From Thermoproteota archaeon (lineage in GTDB: Archaea; Korarchaeota; Korarchaeia; Korarchaeales; Korarchaeaceae), in the NCBI GenBank assembly GCA_027491735.1, contig JAOZGP010000003.1, positions 1 through 21,631 of the forward strand: 21,631 nucleotides of DNA. Reading direction: 5' to 3'. This document shows positions 15,692 to 21,631 of the stretch, one piece after another. The notes below the pieces were generated by a model. It worked only from the letters and a program-made list of their open reading frames with translations. It did no database searches and was not told where the DNA came from. Numbering within the stretch: position 1 is the stretch's first letter; the number at the start of each line of letters is the position of its first letter. A program made the translations under genes and the position numbers.

Positions 15692-17140
15692 TCACATACC
15701 GTATATGACTTCCACGGTCTCCAGGGATGGGTCTTTGGCCAGGAGTATTCCTCCATGTCTCTTAACGGTTAGCAGATATTCTATATCCTCTTTGGAGATC
15801 CTGAAGCCCTTTATCAATATGGGAACTCCAGGCGGATAGGGAGTTATGTTCTCCGCCGAGATCATGCCTGGAGCCAGCCTGAGCGGGACTCTCCTCGAAA
15901 TTATCCTCTTTGGCATTCTCCTGACTATGTATGGGTCTATGACGGGAGGATCGGCCCTGAGAGGTGGTCTCAGAAGCTTTTTATTCCTCACAGTACCGAC
16001 TTCTGAAAGTGCTTTCCCTACAGCTTTGGTTGTGATGTCCACGTCCTCCTCCCTCAACTGAAAGGTTGCCATGAAGAGTAAGGAGTTGTAGTTTGAGGTC
16101 TCGGGGACTACCCTGTATTTCCTCTGAAGCAGGAGATCAAGTTGAAATCCCGTCGTGTCGTAGCTGGTGAGTATCACCTGGGTCTTCGTGAGGTCCCATC
16201 CAGATATCCTGTCCCTCCACTTCTCGAGAAGCCCGTCGTCCATTATCTTCAGCTTGGGAATTTCCTTGAGTTTTTCTCTCAGTTCTTCAGCTTTTTTTAT
16301 CACGCTTCCCACAGCTCTCTTCCCACTTCTCTCCAGATAGCTCCTAGCAGCATCCAAGGAGGCCATTAGATGAAATGAGGGACTTGTGGTCGTGTAACCC
16401 CTGTAGGCCTCCATCATGAGGTCTGAGTCAACCCGATCTCTCTTCCAGTGGATCATCCCGGTCTGTTGGAGGGAGCCCCCTTGTTTATGGGTGCTTTGTA
16501 TGCTCACATCCGCCCCAGCCTCCATGGCGGTCTCGGGAAGCCTGTCGCTGAACCTAAAGTGGGATCCCCAAGCCTCGTCCACAATTATCAGGACATCCTC
16601 GCTGAAATTTCTTATTCTCCTCACGATCTCCTTGAGCTTGCAAGAGAGACCTTCGTAGGTCGGGTTGGATAGAAGGACAGCGTTGGCCTCGGGATGTCTT
16701 CTGAGGGATTCTTCAACATCGTCTGGGGTTGGAGGCACGAAGGCATCCAGCTCCTCGTCATACTGTGAGGGGATGAAGCGATACCTTATGCCGAAGTCCT
16801 CACAGGCGTTTTGGACACTCACGTGTATGTTCCTAGTAACCAGCACAAGCGGAGTTCCGTAGGCCAGCGATAGATATCTCATCACTATGTAAACGCTCCC
16901 GGTAGATCCATGAACGCTAAATAAGGTCATATCAGCTCCGTAAAGTTTAGCAGCTCTCTCTTGAGCCTCATAAAATATTCCCGAACTCTCCCCTGGTATT
17001 CCATAGATGGAGAGAGAAGCAGAGACGTCCGTTCCGTATATGTCCTCCACTCGTTCAGCATTGAGGATCACTGAGGGGGTGCACCATCTCACGTATCTCC
17101 TCACTTCTCTGTTCAGGAAGTCGACGAGCTTGGAGCCCAT
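15692..17140 (-). CDS. Orn/Lys/Arg decarboxylase family 1 (fold-I PLP, wing-less SpeA/YaaO-like)
   Basis: Motifs EAQERAAKLYGAD, GSTG, NPTYEG, VDEAWGSH, QSTHK (PLP Lys), TTSPSF.LMASLD, D.TK and PYPPGVP. Confidence 0.9.
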   Translation of the reverse strand: MGSKLVDFLNREVRRYVRWCTPSVILNAERVEDIYGTDVSASLSIYGIPGESSGIFYEAQERAAKLYGADMTLFSVHGSTGSVYIVMRYLSLAYGTPLVLVTRNIHVSVQNACEDFGIRYRFIPSQYDEELDAFVPPTPDDVEESLRRHPEANAVLLSNPTYEGLSCKLKEIVRRIRNFSEDVLIIVDEAWGSHFRFSDRLPETAMEAGADVSIQSTHKQGGSLQQTGMIHWKRDRVDSDLMMEAYRGYTTTSPSFHLMASLDAARSYLERSGKRAVGSVIKKAEELREKLKEIPKLKIMDDGLLEKWRDRISGWDLTKTQVILTSYDTTGFQLDLLLQRKYRVVPETSNYNSLLFMATFQLREEDVDITTKAVGKALSEVGTVRNKKLLRPPLRADPPVIDPYIVRRMPKRIISRRVPLRLAPGMISAENITPYPPGVPILIKGFRISKEDIEYLLTVKRHGGILLAKDPSLETVEVIYGM

Positions 17141-17326
17141 ACCTCAAGTCATGGATTTGAGTAGTAAAAAGTTGCTCTCGATGCTCATTCATGAGAGCTG
17201 CCCTCGCGAGCGAGGTTCACATTGGACATTCTTGAGGAGGAGCCTGCCACGTCCCCTTCCCGAGAGAGGTGCTACATCCCGATGTGATAAACTTTAACAG
17301 ATCACCGGAACCTATTCCTGATCGTC
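17141..17326. promoter_or_regulatory. Divergent promoter region (decarboxylase / nadA operon) with inverted repeats
   Basis: Minus-strand TTTTTAC near 17164-17170 and plus-strand GATAAACTTTAA at 17286-17297. Inverted repeats CTCAAGTC-N3-GATTTGAG (17143-17161) and ACATC-N2-GATGT (17274-17285). Confidence 0.45.
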
Positions 17327-18253
17327 ATGGTTGTTGGGTATGTGGAGAAGCTCGCCTCCAGGATCTCACGGTTGAAAAGGGAGAGAAGAGCTGTCATACT
17401 CGGACACAATTATCAGGATCCTTATGTTCAGGAGATAGCTGATTTCCTTGGAGATAGCCTGGAGCTCGCTAGAAAAGCGATGTCCGTGGATGCAGATGTC
17501 ATAGTCTTTGCTGGGGTCTCCTTCATGGCTGAGATGGCTGCCATCCTGAACCCGAATCGGATCGTCCTCCATCCTGAACCCTCGGCCGGCTGTCCTCTAG
17601 CAGATCATCTCAGCAGGGAGGTGGTTGACTTCTACAGGAGAAGATATCCTGACGCTCCTCTGGTCATCTACATAAACTCCCATGCCTCGGTCAAGGCGAT
17701 ATCCGACTACATCGTCACGAGCTCCTCCGCCGTCAGATTGGTATCTCAGCTGGATACTGACACAGTTCTTTTTGGTCCTGATAGAAACCTTGCCAGCTAC
17801 GTGGCAGAGAAGACCGATAAGGAGGTGGTGCCTGTTCCTAATAACGGACATTGTCCCGTTCACGAACACCTTCTCTCCTCCTATCACGTAAGGCTGGCGA
17901 GGGAGATTCATCCGAATGCCAAGATCCTCGCGCACCCGGAGGTCAGACCGGAGGTCAGAAGAATGGCTGACTTTGTGGGGAGCACCAGCCAGATGCTCAA
18001 AGCTGTCAGCTCATTGGAGGGCGAGCTTCTCATAGGAACCGAAGAAGGGCTTTCCGTAAGAGTTAGAAGAGAGAACCCAGGAAGAAAGATCTTTCCTGTT
18101 AATCCAGGAGCTATCTGCATAGACATGAAGAAGATAAACCTGGAGAATATAGAGGTTACGCTCAGGGAAATGGGTCCCAGGGTGAAGGTCGACAAAAAGG
18201 TGGCTTATAAGGTCAGGGAAGTTTTGATGAGATCTTTAGATATTTTGAGGTGA
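17327..18253 (+). CDS. nadA: Quinolinate synthase
   Basis: Motifs ILGHNYQ, GDSLELA, FMAE, YINS, AHPE, GSTSQM and GTEEG, with three 4Fe-4S Cys ligands (AGCPLA, GHCPVH, AICIDMK). Confidence 0.97.
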   Translation: MVVGYVEKLASRISRLKRERRAVILGHNYQDPYVQEIADFLGDSLELARKAMSVDADVIVFAGVSFMAEMAAILNPNRIVLHPEPSAGCPLADHLSREVVDFYRRRYPDAPLVIYINSHASVKAISDYIVTSSSAVRLVSQLDTDTVLFGPDRNLASYVAEKTDKEVVPVPNNGHCPVHEHLLSSYHVRLAREIHPNAKILAHPEVRPEVRRMADFVGSTSQMLKAVSSLEGELLIGTEEGLSVRVRRENPGRKIFPVNPGAICIDMKKINLENIEVTLREMGPRVKVDKKVAYKVREVLMRSLDILR

Positions 18254-19098
18254 TTACCACGTTTTTCGAGGACTTCTTAAGGTTCTTGAGGGAGGATATC
18301 CCTTTTTGGGATCTGACATCTGAGCTCCTGATCCCTGAGGACATCGATGTGAGAGCTGAGGTGATAGCTGAGGAGGATGGAGTTGTAGCCTTTACGGAGG
18401 AGTTGAGCTCTTTTCTCAAAGGAATGGGCATCAAGACAAGGTTCATTAGGAGTGGAAGCAGGATCAGGGACGGAGATGTCATAATGGAGCTCAGAGGCAA
18501 GGTCAGGAGGATCCTGCTTGTCGAGAGAACAGCCCTCAACCTTCTGGCTAGGGCCTGTGGGATAGCTACAAAAACAGCCAGAGTTGTTGAGAAGGTCAGA
18601 AAGATCAACCCTCGTGTCAGGATCGCCTGCACGAGAAAGACCACGCCAGGCCTCAGGTACCTCGAGAAGAGAGCTGTTATGGCTGGGGGAGGTGATACTC
18701 ACAGGTTGTCCCTCAGCGACATGGTGCTCATAAAGGACAACCATCTAGCGATCGTTGGAGGAGTTGAGGAGGCTTTGAGGAGGGCCAAGAACGCCGGCTT
18801 TGCTTTCAAGGTGGAGGTGGAGGTCAGCACTCCTGAGGAGGCTGTGAAGGCTGCCGAAGCAGGAGCCGACGTAGTCATGCTGGACAACTTCAGACCTGAG
18901 GAAGTTGAGAGAGCCCTCAGCATGCTCAAAGCTGAAGGTTTAAGGGAAAAGGTTCTGATAGAGGTTAGCGGAGGCATTGGAGAGGATAACGTGATCGATT
19001 ACGCGAAGTTCGATGTGGACGTGATAAGCATGGGGGAGCTGACCTGTGGAGCAAGACCTCTGAAGATGAGCTTAGAGGTTCGGGAGGTGATCCGGTGA
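18250..19098 (+). CDS. nadC: Nicotinate-nucleotide pyrophosphorylase (quinolinate phosphoribosyltransferase)
   Basis: Motifs ERTALN, GIATKT, TRKTTPGLR, HRLSLSD..LIKDNH, EVEV, MLDNF and EVSGGI. GTGA start/stop overlap with nadA. Confidence 0.97.
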   Translation: MITTFFEDFLRFLREDIPFWDLTSELLIPEDIDVRAEVIAEEDGVVAFTEELSSFLKGMGIKTRFIRSGSRIRDGDVIMELRGKVRRILLVERTALNLLARACGIATKTARVVEKVRKINPRVRIACTRKTTPGLRYLEKRAVMAGGGDTHRLSLSDMVLIKDNHLAIVGGVEEALRRAKNAGFAFKVEVEVSTPEEAVKAAEAGADVVMLDNFRPEEVERALSMLKAEGLREKVLIEVSGGIGEDNVIDYAKFDVDVISMGELTCGARPLKMSLEVREVIR

Positions 19099-19868
19099 GG
19101 ATCGCTATCATAGGATGTGGAAACATAGGAGGTGAGATAGTCAGGGCCGTCTGTGGGGGAAGGTTGAAGTCCAATGTGACAGCGTTGATGGATAGATATC
19201 CTGAGAAGTGCTTTCATTTGGCCTTGATTCTTGAGAAGTCGACTGGGCTCCGCCCAGTAGTGGCTGAAGGGATTGAAGATCTTCTCGAGGTTAAACCGGA
19301 TCTCGTTGTCGAGGCGGCCAGCCAGGAGGCGGTCAGGCAGTATGCTAGGAGGATCCTAGAGAGGGGCATAGACCTCGTGGTGATGAGCGTTGGAGCTCTC
19401 CTGAACGAGGAGTTCCTTCAAGAGGTCTCAAGTTTGGATGGAAGGATCTATGTTCCATCTGGTGCCATAGCGGGATTGGATGCTGTCAGAGCTATGAGAC
19501 ACTCCGGGATAACCAGGATTGTCCTGAGAACGAGGAAAAATCCCAGATCGCTGGGCATGAAACTTGAAGAGAGGAAGGTTCTCTTTGAGGGACCGGCGAG
19601 CAGGGCTGTCAAGGAGTTTCCCTTCAACGTGAATGTCGCAGCTGCTCTATCGCTAGCTGCTGGAAGAGAAGCCTGGGTTCAGGTTATAGCCGATCCTGGC
19701 GTTGAGATGAACGTCCATGAGCTGGAAATAGTCTCGGACGCTTCAACACTGAGAGTTGCCGTGGAAAACAGGCCAAGCCCCTCGAACCCAAGGACAAGCT
19801 ATCTTGCCTGCCTCTCTGCAGTAGAGCTGCTGCGATCATTGGAGGACAAGGTCCGTGTGGGGACCTAG
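19095..19868 (+). CDS. nadX: L-aspartate dehydrogenase
   Basis: Rossmann motif IIGCGNIG, plus VEAASQEAV, MSVGAL, PSGAIAGLD, TRKNP, FPFNVNVAA and NPRTSYLA. RBS GGAGGTGA and GTGA overlap with nadC. Confidence 0.96.
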   Translation: MRIAIIGCGNIGGEIVRAVCGGRLKSNVTALMDRYPEKCFHLALILEKSTGLRPVVAEGIEDLLEVKPDLVVEAASQEAVRQYARRILERGIDLVVMSVGALLNEEFLQEVSSLDGRIYVPSGAIAGLDAVRAMRHSGITRIVLRTRKNPRSLGMKLEERKVLFEGPASRAVKEFPFNVNVAAALSLAAGREAWVQVIADPGVEMNVHELEIVSDASTLRVAVENRPSPSNPRTSYLACLSAVELLRSLEDKVRVGT

Positions 19869-19934
19869 GGATGAAGGTTTCCTTCAATAATGAGTACCAG
19901 CGTTTAAATGGGCTGTCCATCGCGAGTTTTTGGG

Positions 19935-20012
19935 GAGGAATGGTGAGTGCGTTGCGATAACAATTTGATTAGATTTTGCTATTTCTTCGAGGGCATCTAA
20001 CAGATCCTTTTT
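19935..20012 (-). pseudogene. Short relic of an ABC-type (AAA_15/AAA_21, OLD-like) ATPase
   Basis: The minus strand reads KKDLLDALEEIAKSNQIVIATHSPFL, the post-Walker-B helix and H-loop (THSP). No start codon or Walker A/B motifs in frame. Confidence 0.65.
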
Positions 20013-20070
20013 GCTTCACTGAAGAATCGCCTAACATTTGTAATAATTTCTCTATAATCTGTTGCCGTTG

Positions 20071-21058
20071 TGCCTTGTCGAACAAACACTCATAGAATAA
20101 TACACAATAAAAATTAAATTTCAATAAAACCTTCAGCTAACCCATGCCAAAGATAAACTGGAAGGAGTACAACGAGAAACTCGTAAAGAGAGGAGAAATT
20201 TTATTCAGTACAGAGTTCATAGAAAACTGGAAGAAAGAGCTCAATTCAATGAACGAAAGAAAGAGAGGTCATCCTTACGAATATCCTGATTCTTTCATGC
20301 AGTTCTTAGCATCAATACGCTACTACTACCACCTCGACTACAGAACCCTGGAAGGATTCTGCAGGCTTGTCAAGAATTCTCGATATGCAGCCAAGATCAT
20401 TCAACTATCCACAAGAGAGTTCCGAAGTTAGATTTCACCCCTCCTGAACTTGATTCGGAAGAAATCGTTATAGCGGTCGACTCTTCAGGAATAAAGGTAC
20501 ACAACAGGGGAGAGTGGATGAGGGAGAAGTACAGGAGGAGAAGGGGATGGATAAAGATTCACTTCGCTGTCGACGTTGAAACAAAGCAGATCGTAGCTTA
20601 CGAGGTTACGGACGAACAAACACATGATAACAAGGTCTTCAAGGATTTGGTTGAGAAGTCGTGCGAGAAAGCAAAGGTTAAGAGGGTTCTTGCCGACAAA
20701 GCGTACGACAGCTACGAAAACTTCGAATTTCTTCAGTCTAAAGGCATAGATCCCGCTATTCCGGTGAGGAGAGGAGCAATAGACATCCTGATCCATCCTC
20801 GCAGTGAAGAGGCAAGGAAGCAGAAAGAATTCGAGAAATGGAAGATGGAGAAGGAATACGGATTAAGGTGGATGGCCGAGACAGCTTATTTTATCTTTAA
20901 GGGGTACCTTGGTGAATTTGTTTCTGCAAAGAAATGGAGGTACATGCTTGCAGAAATTGCGGCTAAGGTTTGGATATACAACTCGTTGAGGGTTGTTCTC
21001 TGAAGGATGTTGGTTTGAAGAGAAGGGAGAAGTTAATTAAGAATTAGTCGACAAAGCA
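20071..21058 (+). mobile_element. IS5-family (IS903-group-like) insertion sequence
   Basis: Imperfect terminal IRs TGCCTTGTCGA (20071) and the reverse complement of TCGACAAAGCA (ending 21058) resemble the IS903 end GGCTTTGTTGA and enclose a DDE transposase. Confidence 0.88.
20144..21003 (+). pseudogene. IS5-family DDE transposase, frameshifted near 20365-20400
   Basis: The first frame gives INWKEYNEKLVKRGEI..RGHPYEYPD..YRTLEGF. The second frame gives DHSTIHKR..IAVDSSGIK..GEWMREK..WIKIH..HD..LADKAYD..RWMAET. Confidence 0.88.
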
Positions 21059-21150
21059 TTAGATGGTGGAAGAGTAAATTAATTTAGTTATTATTTTTCC
21101 CTAATCCACACGTTAGAATTTTTTATTATTTTTTCCAGCAATGAATCTCT

Positions 21151-21631
21151 ATGTTCACCCAAACAGCATGGCTGATCAAAAACTTGAGAGGAGTCCTCTA
21201 TTTCAAAGAAGACAAATCAATAATCGATCTCGTCACCAGAAAGTTCAGGTACGGGATTCAGACGAATGGATTTCTTCTGAACGACGAAGATATGGAGTTC
21301 ATAATGGAGAGAGGAGTCAACCTCGGCATCTCATTTGACTCACAGGACATGAAGACAAACGATTTTCTGAGGGGGGAGGGGCACTTCAACTCTGTTAGCA
21401 GGATTTTAGAGGTAATGCAGGGCTACAAACACCTTAACGTTATCACGACAATTAACCATTACAACTACACCCAGCTTCCCGAAATGGTGGATTTCCTCGC
21501 CGGAAAGGTTGAAGTATGCTTGATGAACCCCGTAAGGGGCACGAGCGCCGGTGGCAGAAAGCTCAGACCGCCAGTCGAAGCCGCGGATTACTTCATAAAG
21601 GCTGTGGACAGGGCAATAGAGTTAACAGGGA
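21151..21631 (+). pseudogene. N-terminally truncated radical SAM enzyme, CbpB-like (peptide-modifying); runs off the window
   Basis: An open frame from ATG 21151 to the window end (absent from the ORF track because it has no stop) reads KFRYGIQTNGFLL..GISFDS..NDFLRGEGHF..NVITTIN..LPEMVDFL..MNPVRGTSAGGRKLRP. There is no CxxxCxxC motif upstream in frame. Confidence 0.7.

Noticed and set aside
19871-19960. 29-aa ORF after nadX as a RiPP precursor for the rSAM enzyme
   Set aside because: It has no Cys or precursor-like motif and overlaps the antisense ATPase relic, which explains the sequence better.
1-21631. CRISPR array, rRNA or tRNA genes, integrase or prophage genes
   Set aside because: No regularly spaced repeats, cloverleafs, rRNA motifs or viral hallmark proteins were seen.

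Overview
This is a chromosomal segment of an archaeon, judging from an archaeal-type LeuRS, an Nre repair protein with a PCNA-binding tail, TATA/BRE-like promoters about 25 nt before near-leaderless starts, and GGTG-type RBSs. A thermophilic TACK-like host is plausible but is inference only. Gene order: FemABX/GNAT-like protein (-), membrane-anchored surface protein, nreA, phoU-type regulator, leuS (-), an unexplained structured intergenic region, pncA, a decayed IS607 (tnpA/tnpB) remnant, a second structured region, a large secreted multidomain protein and a USP. Next is an amine/polyamine block: a deoxyhypusine-synthase paralogue coupled to a fold-III PLP decarboxylase, then carbamate kinase, then a fold-I Orn/Lys/Arg-type decarboxylase. 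This is followed by nadA-nadC-nadX and an AT-richer 'graveyard' holding an ABC/OLD-type ATPase relic, a frameshifted IS903-like IS5-family element with no target duplication, and an N-terminally truncated CbpB-like radical SAM gene running off the window. The best candidate for an undescribed system is the DHS-paralogue/decarboxylase pair, whose substrate-pocket residues differ from the canonical enzymes. Two candidate structured non-coding RNAs (about 7691-7847 and 9183-9288) come next. All family assignments rest on recognised motifs, not database searches.
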